Of a DNA stretch of 64,000 bases, positions 24,165 through 37,670 are shown in pieces. The stretch comes from Malacoraja senta (Eukaryota), in the NCBI GenBank assembly GCA_038087875.1, contig CM075988.1, positions 8,124,001 to 8,188,000 of the forward strand. Reading direction: 5' to 3'. The translations under genes were made by a program, and so were the position numbers. The notes under the pieces were generated by a model that worked only from the letters and a program-made list of their open reading frames with translations, did not search any database and was not told the origin of the DNA. The stretch's first letter is position 1. Each line of letters begins with the position of its first letter.

Positions 24165-24322
24165 CTCACTGCGGTCTACTCCTGCTCCTTTGCTTCGACC
24201 TGCGACATGACCCCGTGACCCAGTTGAGCCTCTGGACGATGAGCTTCCTGTTGTGGAGCAATTGCTTGACACTTGACCCCGTTGCAGAAAGGTTGGTTTG
24301 CTGTACGGTATTAAATCATCTT
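24165..24322 (-). CDS. ROBO3: Penultimate coding exon (E)DDLIPYSKPTFLQRGQVSSNCSTTGSSSSRGSTGSRGHVAGRSKGAGVDRSE
   Basis: ctcctgcag acceptor, GAG|gtagga donor, 158 nt, phase 1-0. Matches ROBO3 [29 protein letters not shown]. Confidence 0.92.
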
Positions 24323-24577
24323 CTGCAGGAGCAATGCAAATAGACCAAGAGTTAATCCAGAGGCCAAAAGTCATTGGCTCAAAATCACCCCGATTTTCTT
24401 GGCATCTTTCACAACTTCAAACAGTCTGCAAATAATGGAGACCAATATCGTACCAATTCCCAGATTATGAGTTCAAACACTACCATGACGAGTTGTGAAA
24501 TGGATTATCATTTTAAATGGAGGAAGACTGCAGGAGAAAGGGATTTGGGGGTTTCTGTACACTAAGCACAAAGAGCT

Positions 24578-24792
24578 GGGCGGCACAATGGCACCGCAGT
24601 AGAGTGGCTGCCATAAAGCGCCAGAGACCCCGGTTCCATCCTGACTACGGGTGCTGTCTGTACAGAGTTTGCACATTCTCCCTGTGACCGCGTGGGTTTT
24701 CTCTGGGTGCTCGGGTTTCCAAAGACATGCAGCTGTGTAGCATATTTGGCTTCTGTAAATTGTCCCTAGTGTGCAGGGTAGAACTAGTGTAC
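24578..24792 (+). mobile_element. HE1-type SINE, partial
   Basis: Head and V-domain, 3' truncated. Confidence 0.75.
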
Positions 24793-25084
24793 TGGAAAGT
24801 AGGGAAAAGGTAGGGAAATGCCACTACAATTGTGCAAGGCGTGAGTGGAACCATGCACAGAACACCATCAAAAGTTTTAATCCTTGCATTATTTACCAAA
24901 ATATATATTATTATTGAAGACAGTTAGAACATAGAACAGTGCAGCACAGGAACAGGCTCTTCAGCCCAAATTAATATATAATTATGAGTGACCATATTTT
25001 GCTAAACTATATCATGTTGGGTCTTAAAACACAATTAATGTCCTCAACAAATGTAATTACCTAAGGTTTAACACCAGCCATTTA

Positions 25085-25610
25085 GAACATAGAACAGTCC
25101 AGCTGAGAAACAGCTCCTTCAGCCCACAATGTCTGTGTTGAGCATATGCCAAAATAAACTAATCTCATCTGCCTGCACATGCTCCATATTCCTCCATTCC
25201 CTGCATATCCACGCACCTTTCTAAATGCCCCATAAAAACCACTATTGTATTTGCCTCCAATGCCACCCTTAGCAACGCATTCCAGGCACCCACCACTCTC
25301 TGCACAAAGCCCTTGCCCCGCACATTTACTTTAAAATTTGCCCCTTTCATTTTAAAGCAATCGCCTGCAGTCTTTAACATTTCAAAACTCGGGAAAGGGT
25401 TCCAACTTTCTAACCTATCTATGCCTCTCATATTTGCATATACTTTAACCAGGTCTCCCTCAAGCGGCAGCAATCCAGAGAAAACAATCCAAGTCTGTCC
25501 AGCATCTCCTTATAGCTAATACCCTCTGATCCAGGCAGCACTCTAGTATTCTACTAAACCTCTTCTTTATGTACTCTCTCCAAAGCCTCTACATCCTTCC
25601 TGTAATGGGT
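25085..25610 (-). mobile_element. CR1-type LINE 3' fragment
   Basis: Decayed ..GDL..VY..MRGIDR..QRVVGAWNAL; tagaacatagaac tail. Confidence 0.8.
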
Positions 25611-26996
25611 TCAGAGAAGGTTCGGTAAGATGATGATAGACAAGAAGGAATGGTTTAACAGCTTGTGGTCTGTACTCCCTGGAGTTTTGAAGAATGAGAA
25701 GCAAATTTATTGAAACATGTAAGATTCCTAGAGGCTCAACGGGGATAAATACTGGGAGATTTTTTTCCTTAAGGAGAATCTTGGACCCAAAGGGCATAGT
25801 CCCAAGGTCAAGGGGCACCCCTTTAAAACAGAGATGAGGACAATTTTTTCTCTCCCAAACTGTTAGAATTGATTGTATCAGAAGGCTATAGAGGAATATA
25901 TTTAAAGCTGGGTAGATAGACTTTTAATCAGTAAGGGAATCAAGGTTGAGGGGGAGAGAGTGGAGAAGTGGATTAGAGGGAAGTTGGATGAGCTATGATT
26001 TGATTGGAAGGCATGCAGACTCAAGGGCGGTGTGTTTGAGTTTGAGTTTATTTTATTGTCATGTGGAAAGCTTTTATTTGCGTGCTTTCCAGTCAGAGGA
26101 AAGGCGATACACGATTACAAACGAGCCTTCCACAGTGTATAGACACATGATCAAGGGAATAGCGTGAATAACGTTTAGTGCAAGATAAAGACCAGTAAAG
26201 TCTAGTGTTCTACTCCTGTTATTATTTTTTATGAAATTATTGCTTTGTGTAATTAAAAAAATCTACTTATGGATTAGTGACTGGAAAAAGTGGTTCAGAA
26301 AGCTGCTAAAGTTGTTAAAGTCAAAATAAGTTGATTAATGTCCTTCATAAACAAGGCCATAGTCAGGCAGCCACATGGATCCAGTTCTAATATCATGGTA
26401 AATTGTTGGAGGAGCTCAGCAAGAAGGCAGCATCTATGAAGAGAAATGGACAGTCATTGTTGTGGGTCGGACATTTCAGTCCAGTGGATGGATCTCGACC
26501 TTATACATCGTCCGTCCATTCCCTCCACAGATGCAGCCTGACCCGCTGAATTACTCCAGCAGTTTGCATTTTTCTCCAGACTTCAACATCTGCAGTTTTT
26601 TTTGCATCCCCAGATTATGACATTGATTTATGGAGAACATTTATTTAAAGTTATTTGGATCTCAAAACCAGATACAATAATGTGCAATTGGGCAGTGTTG
26701 GCTTTGCTCGAATCTTGAGATCACAAGCACCAAATGGATTGAACAGCGATGTGTTTTTGGCTGTGACGACTGACGTCATGGGATCTATGTTGTTCCTCTG
26801 AGCAAGCAGCTAATCCTTGTCTTTCATGTTGCATCTATAGCCTTCAGTTATGCAGCACTTCCAGGGTTAATGAGTTGAAATTCAAGCCAAGTTGAATGGT
26901 CAGTTTTTGGATAATATCCTTAACGTGTAATCTTTTGTTTCAACGACAAAAGTGCTACCAAATGATGCAAGTTTGAACTTCAAAATGGCCAAGACC

Positions 26997-27314
26997 AGCA
27001 CAGTGGCACAGCTGGTAGAGGCGCTGCCTCAAGAGCGCCAAAGACCTGGGTTCGATCCTGATCTCCGGTGTTGTCTGTGTGGAGTTTGCACGTTCTCCCT
27101 ATGACCACGTGGGTTTCCTCTGGGTGCTCTGTTTTGCTCCCACATCTCAAAGGCATGCTGGTATTGTAGGTTAATTGGCCTCTGTAAATTGTTTGTGACA
27201 TGTAGGGAGCAAGTGCAGAAGTGGGATAACATGGAACTAATGTGAACGGGTGATCAATGGTTGGCATGGACATGTTGGCGAAGGACCTGCTTCCATGCTG
27301 TATCTTTCAATCAA
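26997..27314 (+). mobile_element. HE1-type SINE, diverged subfamily
   Basis: Head, V-domain and (tcaa)n tail. Confidence 0.75.
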
Positions 27315-27524
27315 TGTTGGAAACTCTAATGAGTCATCTTCAAAAGCCTCCCACCTTGAGATCAGGTGAATTCCAAATTTAGCTCACCAATGTTCCCTTT
27401 GCAATCAAATAGTTCCCAAGATCAATTCCTTGCATTCATAAAGACAGGCTGTTTGGCTACGATATTAATTGGTCAAACAGAATGTTATCTGACTTGCTTC
27501 AAACACACAGGCAATGAGGATAAC

Positions 27525-28057
27525 GTGAGCAATTTTGGGCCCCATATCTGAGGAAGGATGTGCTGGCTCTAGAGAGAGTCCAGAGGAGGTTTACAAGAAT
27601 GATCCCAGGAGTGAGTGGGTTAGCATATGATGAGCATTTGACAGCACTGGGCCTCTACTCGCTGGAGTTTAGAAGGTTAAGGTGGGACCTCATTGAAACT
27701 TACAGAATAATAAAAGGCATAGATAGAGTGGATGTGAAAAGATGTTTCCACTGGTGGGAGAGTCCAGGATCACAGGTCATAGTCTTAGAATTAAAGGGCA
27801 CTCATTTAGAAAGGAGGTGAGGAGGAACTTCTTTAGTCAGAGGGTAGTTAATCTGTGGAACTCATTGCCACAGAGGGCCAAGCCAGTGGATATTTTGAAG
27901 GCAGAGACAGACAAATTCTTGATTGGAACTGGTGTCAAGGGTTATGGGGAGAAGGCAGGAAAATGGGATTAGGAGGTAGAGATCAGACTTGATTGAATGG
28001 CGGAGTAGGCTTGATGGGCCGAATGGCCTAATTCTACTCCTATAACTTGTGAACTTG
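27525..28057 (+). mobile_element. CR1-type LINE 3' fragment
   Basis: LERVQRRFTRMIPG..LGLYSLE.RR.. and FSQRVVNLWNSLP; CR1 3' UTR. Confidence 0.9.
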
Positions 28058-29019
28058 TGATAACTCGGTTTGGGAAACCATAAAGACTTATCACCCTGTC
28101 CTCTCATTTGGATGTTGAATAAGAGGTTAGGGAGCAAGGCAGCCGGAATAATAGCTGCAACTGAGTAAACTACTTGAGGTAAATTAATTCTGATATTAAA
28201 ATGCAAAAGAGAAATGTTGGAAACAATCAGCAGGTCAGGCAGCACCTTAAACAAATTAGTTAGTTTTACTGGAGAGAAAGAATGGGTGAAGAAGGGTCTC
28301 GACCCAAAACGTCACCCATTCCTTCTCTCCAGAGATGCTGCCTGTCCCGCCGAGTTACTCTAGTTTTTTGTGTCTACCTTTGGCTTAAACCAGCATCTGC
28401 AGTTCCTTCCTTCACATAGTTAGTTTTACACTCTTTAGTGAGGGTGTCAGGGGTTATGGGGGGAGGGGAGAATGGAGTTGAGAGGGAAAGATAGATCAGC
28501 CATGATTGACAGGTGGGGTAGACTTGATGAGCCGAATGGCCTAATTCTTCTCCTATAACTTCTGAACTTATTTCATATTTCCAGCATCTGCAGTTTTTAA
28601 TTGTTTGATTTTCACCACTGATATTAATCCATTTCTTCCCTATGTAGATCTCATTACATTCTCCCAGTTAGCATCATGTGTTGCTGAATGTATCTCTACT
28701 GATTCAATCCAGTGTCTTCTCACTGCAGAGTTCAGCATCTGTATTGCTGTGCCTATCTATACTTACCGACCATCTTAGTACGAATGCTGATCTTGGCAAC
28801 TCTCCCAACTAAGCACTAAGAAAGTTGACTACAGCACCACTGGTGTTAATGACAATTATCTACTCTGTCAGCCATGGAAATCGTTCTCACAACACTGTTG
28901 AAAATGCTTACTGTTTAAAACATTTCTGTCGAAATAAATGCTGCAGTGCACTGGAATGATCAGCGAAATGGTTCAAGTCCAGTGAGCAACACTGAACCAA
29001 TATTTGATGGATGTTGGTC

Positions 29020-29261
29020 GACACAAAGTGCTGGAGGAACTCAGCGGGTCAGGCAGCTTCTCTGGAGAAAAAGGATGGGTGACGTTTCGGGTCGGGACCC
29101 TTCTTCAGAATCAAGAAGAATCGAGACGTAAGTCTGAGGAAGGGTCCCGACCCGAAGCGTCATCTACCCTTTTCCTACCGAGATGCTGCTTGAACCATTG
29201 AATTACTCCAGCACATTGTATTTATCTTTGGTATAAACCAGCATCTGCAGTTCTTTTCTAC
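29020..29261. mobile_element. PLE-terminus fold-back element
   Basis: Inverted arms; intact hammerhead-like core on the minus strand at 29081-29108. Confidence 0.8.
29074..29110 (-). ncRNA. Minimal hammerhead-ribozyme-like motif, sense to the ROBO3 pre-mRNA
   Basis: Minus strand reads CTGAAGA A GGGTC CC GACCC GAAAC GTC ACCC. Confidence 0.45.
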
Positions 29262-30261
29262 AAATTAATGAATGTGAAATGGGTTTCCTCCAACACCCGT
29301 GTTTTGTTCAGGATTCCGGCATCTGCAGGTCCTTGTTCCTCTCTTGCATTAAAAATGTAAGCAATGTAATCTACAATTTGTCTGTGTTCAATATCTCATT
29401 GCCTCGGTCTGTTAGTGTTTGTAATAATTTTACCGAATTTTCATTAACAAAAGGCACCTTGATAACCATCATCACAGGATGGAATTAATGGAATCAATTA
29501 ACTCTAATTCCAAAGTACTATCACACCCTGGTTAATACATCTCTTACTTTACAGCTAATTTAAGGCTTTCTTTGAAATTTAGTGTTGACCCAGTCTCTTT
29601 GCTGTAAATATCTTAGATCCAATCTGTCAAGTATTGGGAAATTATTGCAAAGGAACTAATTGAACCACAACCTTGCTAAGAGAACTTTATTTCATTAAGA
29701 TTTATATTTCCATCAAGGACAAAAGATTATGAATCTTTCAATATCATAAGAATTGCTTTTCTTCCACCATAAATAATGTTAATGAAAGCAGCCTCCTCTT
29801 GACAGCATGATTGGAATCAGCAACTTCAAAGAGGCCACTGTTGCCATAGAGACCCAAACAGTTTGGATGAACTTCTATCATCGGTCTATAAATAAAACTA
29901 CAGGTTTACCACAAAGAACGTCAAAAGTGAGTATCCTTCGCGGTTCGGCTAATGTATGGAACGGGACGGCAGGAACAGGAGTAGTATTGGTATTGGTAGA
30001 CCTGCACCAATATCCAGCATCATGGCTGGTCTTATAAATTAAACAGCAGTCCTGATATCCTTCTGATATCAGTTTTCAGTCTGCCAAACTCCAACAGTGC
30101 CAACATCCACATTTTGGGGGAGAGAATTTCCGATTTCTCCCAGCCTGAGGGTGAGAACACGCTTCTTAGTCTCCTCCAAAGTGGCGCAGCTCCATTTCCA
30201 ATCTTCTCATCACAGTTTGTCTGTTTCTACCTGAATTAAAGATGATGATCTGACACAATTA

Positions 30262-30557
30262 AAGCCCTGTCCCAGGGTACGAGTCCATTCCAAGAGTTCT
30301 CCCGAGTTTGCCCTGATTCGAACTCGGAGACTTACGATAATGGCCACTCGTCGGTACTCGGGGTTGAAAAATGTTCCCGAGTCTTCCCGTGCTTACCTGC
30401 CGTTAGCGAGTCTTCCCGAGTACCTGCCGTTAGCGCTAAGAGATGTCCCCGAGCTCCGACGTACCCTCTACGCTCATTCCCCGTGTTTACCACGAGTTTG
30501 AATTGTTTTAAACTCGAGAGAGCTCTTGGAATGAACTCGTACCGTGGGACAGGGCTT
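30262..30557. mobile_element. Harbinger-like MITE
   Basis: AAGCCCTGTCCCAGGGTACGAG / CTCGTACCGTGGGACAGGGCTT, TTA TSD at 30259-61 and 30558-60. Confidence 0.85.
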
Positions 30558-31016
30558 TTACAACTTTGCTGATTTTCTGGAGTACTGGATGTTATTTAGA
30601 ATCATACCCTAACACACTTCCATTTTTTTTTTTGTTCAGTATTATAATAAATTTTCTAGTGAGCCAGGTAACATCAAAGTGTGTACAGAAACTGAAGTCC
30701 TGGTGAGTTGAAATGGCGGATGGGTATCAGTGGCTGGTGAGTGGAGCAGCAGCGCTGGGAACCATGCCCCAATGAGGCAGAAGCAGTTGCATAAGCAGTG
30801 ATATTATGCTCGGAGCTCCAGCATCATTCAGATATGAAAACATTCCACCAAACCTGATGGTGCTCAGCTGTTGGGGCTGAGGGTGGTGCAGTGTAGTTGT
30901 CCAGGGCTGATTAGTGGAGGTTAATGAATGAATTATATATAACAAAGGCAGCAGGAAATGGACAGAGCCTTTTGCTCTCACAATTCAGCAGATCATATTG
31001 AAGACCTGCAGTCTTA

Positions 31017-31800
31017 AGGGGCTGTCCCACTTGGGCGACCTAATCCGCGAGTTCTGTCGAGTTTGTCCTCGACTCATACTCGCAGCATGGTCGACACGAG
31101 GTCGTAGGAGGTCTTCGTAACTCTCCTCCATGCTCGAGAGTGGTCTCCGCGTACTCGAGGCCACAACTAGGTGGCGCTTTTTTCAATATGTTAAAAAATG
31201 CCCACGAGTAAAAAAAGGTCGCCATGGAAAAAAATCGATACTTTTTTTACTCGTAGGTTTAGTCGTAGTACGTCATATTCAATTCAATTCAATTTATTTG
31301 TCTTTTGGACAAATTTGTCATTTGGACCCCTTGAGGTCCAAACGAAATGTCGTTTCTGCAGCCATACAATACAAAACGAAGAAGACCCGAGACACAACAC
31401 AATTTACATATTACATCCATCACAGCGCTGTGATGGAAGGCAAAAAACCGTATCTCTCCACTGCACTCCCCCCCCCACCCCCCGATGTCAGAGTCAAAGT
31501 CAAAGCCCCCGGCGGGCGATGGTGATTGTCCCGCAGCCATTAAAGCCACGCCGGGTGATGCAAGGTCGTGTAGGTCGTGGTAGGTCGGCATGTTGTCGTA
31601 GGTAATCGAGGGTAGTCGAAGGTAGTCGTAGATAGTCTTCATCATAGTTGAAGGGAGGTCGAAGGGAGGTCGAAGGAGGTCGTCTCCACTCTCCAATTTT
31701 CCCGAAGCTAGTCGTAGCTAGTCGAAGCTGGTCTTCTACATGACATTTTTTCAAACTCTTCTAAACTCGCCAACTAGGTCTCCCAAGTGGGACAGCCCCA
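31017..31800. mobile_element. Harbinger-like MITE with a nested retro-element fragment (~31278-31560)
   Basis: AGGGGCTGTCCCACTTGGGCGACCTA / TAGGTCTCCCAAGTGGGACAGCCCCA, TTA on the left. An (attca)n-tailed insert interrupts the interior. Confidence 0.8.
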
Positions 31801-31981
31801 TTTACCACGTACACTTCTCAAAGGTGGTGGATAATTAAACAGCTAACAGGACAGGTGACTTCAAAGACATCCTCATTCTCAACAGCGGCCGGGCCCAATA
31901 CGAAAAGCCAGAAACACTTGCAAGCGCATTCAGCCAGAAGTACAGAAATAATGTTCCATCTCCTCCAGAGATCCCAACCTA

Positions 31982-32286
31982 AGGGCGGCGCAGTGGTAGA
32001 GTTGCTGCCTTACATCGCTTGCAGCCCCGGAGACCCGGGTTTGATCCCGACTACAGGTGCTGTCTGTACGGGGTTTGTACGCTCCCCCCGTGACCGCGTG
32101 GGTTTTCTCTGAGATCTTCGGTTTCCTCCCACACTCAAAAGACATACAGGTTTGTAGGTTAATTGGCTTGGTGTATGTGTAAATTGTCCCTAGTGTGTGG
32201 AGGATAGTGCTAGTGTGCGGGGATCGCTGGTCGGTGCGGACTCGGTGGGCCGAATGGCCTGTTTCTGCGCTGTATTTCTAAACTAA
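31982..32286 (+). mobile_element. HE1/V-SINE-type SINE
   Basis: Full copy. Confidence 0.82.
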
Positions 32287-33767
32287 TCATCTGTCCACTT
32301 CATGTGATATCAAAAGACTGCTGAGAAAACTGGATACGCCAAAGGCGATGCAACCAGACAATACCCCAACTGTATTACTGAATACCTGCTCAGTGCCAAT
32401 TTTTAGTGAGGGTACCCGACGAGTGGTGGCAAACTCACACCCCTTCAAAAGTTAAAAAGGAGAATTTTTAACATTGCAAAAAACCCCGTAACTTTAACAC
32501 ATAAAACATTAATTAAATTGGGTATTTAACTTATTACAGTTCATTTATTTTAATTATAGGATGATGATCCACCATAAATACCAACAGCAAGGAACGATAT
32601 GAGTATTGGCACCATTTAATCTACAAAAAAAGCACTGCCTTTGCTCCAATCTAGTTGCATCTGTGGCCCAGCTGTTCCATCTTAGTTATTACACAGACAT
32701 CAAAATAGGCCAACGGTATCATTTTAATAAACAGCAGGACAAATCCCATTTGGTTAATTACTACCCAGTGGACTCTCAATCTTCAGCCATGGGACAGAGG
32801 GTGACATCAACTGTGCTTTCAAGCACTCTCTAATAACCTACACATTTTTGCCCAGCTTTGGTTGCACCAGGACCACTGAGTTCCAGACTTCATCATATAC
32901 TTGGTCCAAGGTCCAAAGAATTCCACTGAAGAGATGCAATGACTGACCCTTGATAGCATCAAGACACCCTGATGAATCTGAAATCAGTCAGCATCAAAGG
33001 TGAAACAACCCACGGGTTTGTGTCAGACCTCACAAAAGGAAGATGGATGTGGTGGTTGGAAGTTGATCACATCAACCTGAGGACATCACTGAAGAAATCC
33101 CTTCCAGCAGTGCCCTACGCATAACAATCATCAGCTGCTTCATCTATGACTGTGCAATGTTCAATCATATTCACAACTCCACAACAAATTAAGTGGCCCA
33201 TAGCTACATTCAACAGAACCTAGACAATATTCAGGGCTGGGGCGACAAATGGCAAGTGATATTTTTAATCGGGCAATGACTATCTCCGACAAGGGAGAGC
33301 CTAACCACCTACCCTTGACATTCAAAGGCAGTACTACCATCAAATCCATCATCATCAATATTGTGGGGATCACTGTTAATTATAAAGTCAACTGGACCAG
33401 TTAAATTAATACCATGGCTGCAAGAGCAGGTCTGGATCTGGGTATCCAGTGGTGTATCCTGATGCTCCACATTCTACGAGGAAGAATTCAGGACCATGAT
33501 GGAATACTCTCCACTTGCATAGTTGAGTGCAGCACCCAACAACTGCCAAGAAGCTGAAAACAATCCAGGACAATCTCTTCCCAGGAGACAACATGGCATT
33601 AGAGACCATCATAACTCCATGGGTCGTTACCATCGATATTGTTTTTTTTTGCAGTTCAATACTTTTGAAGAACAGCAAACGTCCAGAGCGCATCCTAAGT
33701 TATTAAAAGTTGTTACACCTAAGATCTAATCGCCGTTGTCCATTGTCGTGGTCTTTCTTCTGCTCAC

Positions 33768-33968
33768 CATTTTTGTGTCGAGAAGATGCTGCCCTGCTGT
33801 GGGGATGTGCGTTCTCTGTTCGTTGATCAGCTGATGGCCTCCTCTCTGTGGACGAAGCACTTCCATCATGGTCAAGCGAGGTCCCACTGGTCTCCATTCC
33901 ATTGGGCTGTAAGTAAGGAGTCTCCACAACTCCATCAGCTGGGGGAGGTTCAGGTGGTGGTGGCAGAT
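33768..33968 (-). CDS. ROBO3: Exon with CC3 (DLPPPPEPPPADGVVETPYLQPNGMETSGTSLDHDGSASSTERR...SSRHKN)
   Basis: ccttggacag acceptor, G|gtgagc donor, 201 nt, phase 1-1. Contains the CC3 motif DLPPPPxPPP. Confidence 0.9.
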
Positions 33969-35380
33969 CTGTCCAAGGTAGAGATAGAGTGAGTCAACAA
34001 AAGCTGGCTATGTCAGCCTTCCAGCTTAGCGAAAGATCTGCCCCGACAGTGAATCTATGAGTCTTGTAGAAAACTGTGCATGTGGGACCATCAAAGAGTC
34101 AAAGTGCTAGAGCTCTTTTGGCACTTTGATATCCCATCCTGTCAGTTATCCAACTCACTAAGCCTAGCATCTAAGTCGAAGATCATAGTTGTACCTAATG
34201 CCATTCTACACCTCTCTGGCCCTGCCATAATTGTGTATGTCCTTGCCTTATTACTTAGTGAAACATTTCTTTGTATGTAAGTCTTATGGCAGTTACACGC
34301 TCCCTTCAGTGGATTACTGCATTTCTCAGCCCATTAGGGACATGGACATAGAGATGTACAGCAAGGAAACAATCTCTTTGGCTCACCAAGTCAATCGCCA
34401 CTTTCACTCACCCATTTACACTAACCCTAAAAGGATCCCATTTTGATTCTCCCCATGTTCTCGTGAGCTTCCACCAGATACCAGCACCTACCCTACACAC
34501 TAGGGGTATTTACAGTGGCAAAATTAACTATCAGCCCGCAAGTCTTTAGGATTGGGAGGAGCATCAAGATGAAAGTCTTGTGATCACAGGGAGAAGGTGC
34601 AAACTCCACACAGACAGCATTGTAAGTCAGGATTGAACACGTCGATAGAACTGTGAAGCAGCAGGTCTACTAGCTTTGCCCCTGAGTTGGAAGGAAAGGA
34701 AAATGTTTCCAACACAGTTGTCCTCTCGAAAGCAAAGATGCCAAGCAGCCCAGCATAAAAGCAAAGAAGACTTTCTAAAGCAAGCACGTGGACAAGATGA
34801 AAGATGCGTGCATCACTGATATATTATTTGAGAAGACGGCCTGAGTTACAAGTAAGCACCATTTAAAGGATGTTAGTAAAAGATGTCGAACAGCATTCAT
34901 CGATGATTGTAGAATGTGAGAAAGTGTAACTGATGATGGAACAATATATTAGCATTTACTGTGGAAATGGATCCAGCATCATAACCATCAGTGGGTTGAG
35001 TAACTCCTTCATGGACACCCATGGTAGCAAGACAGCACCTCAGATCACCCTACATCATCAGCCAATATCCTTTACAGTTACTGCGTTTATACCTCTTTTC
35101 CAGAATCAGCTTGTGGTCACCAGCAGAAATGCAGTGTGTGGAAATGTCTCACCAAATATTAAAAGCTGCATTGCAATCATCATTGGTACGGAAGGGTGTC
35201 ACGAAGTTTGGATGGCAGAGACCTTCCTATCTTCCAACTACAGTATTTACACTCATTTGCTTCCCAAATTTACTGCCTAAAGAATATCAGGGTGAAAGCA
35301 TCAGTAATGAAGCAGCAAGGTGTGGAACAAACAAGCTGCCAAGCAAAAAGCAGAGAGTAGCAGTTCCCTGTCCCATGACT

Positions 35381-35421
35381 TTCAGTCTGAAGAAGGGCCT
35401 CGACCCGAAACGTCACCTGTT
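35381..35421 (+). ncRNA. Minimal type I hammerhead-ribozyme-like motif (representative solo copy)
   Basis: CTGAAGA (35387) - stem II - GAAACGTC; both conserved core boxes and a GUC cleavage triplet are present. Activity untested. Confidence 0.5.
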
Positions 35422-36318
35422 CCTTTTCTCCAGAGATGTAGTCTGACCCGCTGAGTTACTTCAGCTTTCTGTGTCTATCTTTGGTGAGTTGAAGGGCTTG
35501 TTTCTGTACAATTCTACAACTCGATAGATGCATTTGTCTAATAAATTGCAATATAGTTTAGTGAGCTGAACTTGTTTGGTGGGAAGAAAAAGAAGGCCAC
35601 ATAATGTTTGGAAAGCAATTATATATGGACCAGACTAGCAAAACGATACAGATACACAAAAGATCGGTAACAAGGTGGTAAATCTAGCGAAAACCAATTT
35701 AAAAAAATCACTCTAGATCATTTTTAGAGATGAGAATATAGAATCTTTCTTGGACCACACTTGGAACACTGTACCTGTACAGTGTACACTGTATACTGAA
35801 CCCTTCTGGGATTTCAAATTATAAAAAATGTATTTCATAACACTAGAGAGGATTTAATAAAATTGCTAGAATTATATCAAAATTGGAGGTGATTCTACGC
35901 AAAACAATGTTTGAACCATTGAGTCTCTAAAGAACTGAGGACCAAGGGGTCAAGGTGATAGATGGGTGGCTCCTTAAACTATAATTCAATATTTACTCCA
36001 ATGAAGTGGTTTCACTTCAACTTGGATGTTTAATTCTATCTTACATCTTTATTCAGTTAACTCCTGTTTCATCAGAACACCAACTTGCTCAACTCCCTTG
36101 CCTAACACGACAGGAAACTAAATATATTTTACAGCATTAAATTGAGTTAAAATGTTGAATGAGTAATAAATTTAATTTCCATTGAATTGGGACCGTTCCC
36201 TGACGTGTCGAGGATAAAACTATGTGGAATGTGGAAGGCAAATAAATTGGCTCACTGTGTTTAGTTGGTCTGAAGAGCACATGAAACATTCATAAGTCAA
36301 AACTTGGCTGGAACCTAC

Positions 36319-36438
36319 CTCCTTGAGAGAGATCCCGGCGATACGGATTCTGCTTAGCTTTCTTTTTTGCACGAGCTTTCTGGCTGGGTGGGGTGTTTAT
36401 GTTGCTGCCCCCTATCACAGGCGTGTGTCTTGTCTTCC
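36319..36438 (-). CDS. ROBO3: Exon (G)KTRHTPVIGGSNINTPPSQKARAKKKAKQNPYRRDLSQG
   Basis: ttttgtatctag acceptor, GAG|gtaggt donor, 120 nt, phase 1-1. Parallels ROBO3 TPP..RKKPKALPYRRE. Confidence 0.87.
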
Positions 36439-36487
36439 CTAGATACAAAAGAGATGGAATAATTAGGGACAGAAAAGCACTAACTTT

Positions 36488-36778
36488 GGGTGGCGAGGTG
36501 GCACAGCGGAAGAGTTGATGCCTTACAGAGGCCTGACTACGGACGCTGTCTGGACGGAGTTTGTATGTTCTCCCTGTGACCACGTGGGTTATCTCCAGGT
36601 GCTCCGGTTTACTCCTACATTCTAAAAACGTACAGGTTGTAGGTTAATTGGCTTCAGTAAAATTGTAAATTGTCCCTTATGTGTAGGATAGTGCTATTGT
36701 ACAGGGTGATCGATGGATGGCACGGGCTCAGTGGCCCGAAGAGCCTGTTTCCGCGCTGTATCTCTGTCTAAAGTCTAA
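36488..36778 (+). mobile_element. HE1/V-SINE-type SINE
   Basis: Full copy, about 50 bp from a ROBO3 acceptor. Confidence 0.8.
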
Positions 36779-37670
36779 CTATTGTAGCTGGGGAGGACAT
36801 GAAAGAGAGAGTATGATTTTGTAGGTTAAATCTACAACTAAATACTTCAAAAATGTATAACTTGTTGAGCGCCATCACAAATGAAGGCGGGAACAAAAAG
36901 AGAAACTAGGAAGATAATATATTCAAACCTTTGTCCATAAAGTACAAATCTAAAATTCAGCAATGTTCAAATCGACAAAACACATGAATGGAAGGTAAAT
37001 GTGAACAAGAATAAGTCACTCCAGCCTGCCTTGCATCTCCATATTAACATGGCTGCTCAGACCCATGCCTCAACTCCTCCCTGTCCCAGATCCCCAATAG
37101 CTCGGATTCATCAGTCTTTTAAAAAATGATCTAGATCTGCCTCAGTAATCCAGCTTTATTGATTTGTGGCTACATTGAACACCAATGCAAAATATTGATT
37201 ACAAAATTGGACTGAGGATTCTCCATCAGTGGCTCGCCCTCCATTCAATGTCATTTAACCAGATCACTAGTTTTAAACAGGTTAAAAGGATCTCTGCTGC
37301 AAAAACTGTCATATGTCCATTTGTGAAGCAAAAATAGTCATAGAATCATGCAGCAGGGAGCAGGCTTTCAGCCCACTGAGTCAGCCATTAACACTCATTT
37401 ACACTAATTTTAATTCTCCCACATTCTTCTCCACACCCCCCTCCCCCCTCCCTCCAAGATGTTACCATTCATCTCCATACACGGGATGATTTAGAGTGGA
37501 CTATTAACCTATCAACTTTGTGTCTTTGGGATGTGGAAGGAAAGCAGTGCACCTGGAGGGAAACCCTCGTGATCACAGGAAGAACGTGCAAACTCCACAC
37601 ATACAGAAGCAGAGGTGAGGTTGAAGCCGGCTCTCCAGTGCTGTGATTGGGTGACTCTACTAGCTGTGCT

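Noticed and set aside
29898..29935. Plus-strand AG..GTGAGT mini-exon
   Set aside because: No pyrimidine tract and no partner exons; expected by chance.
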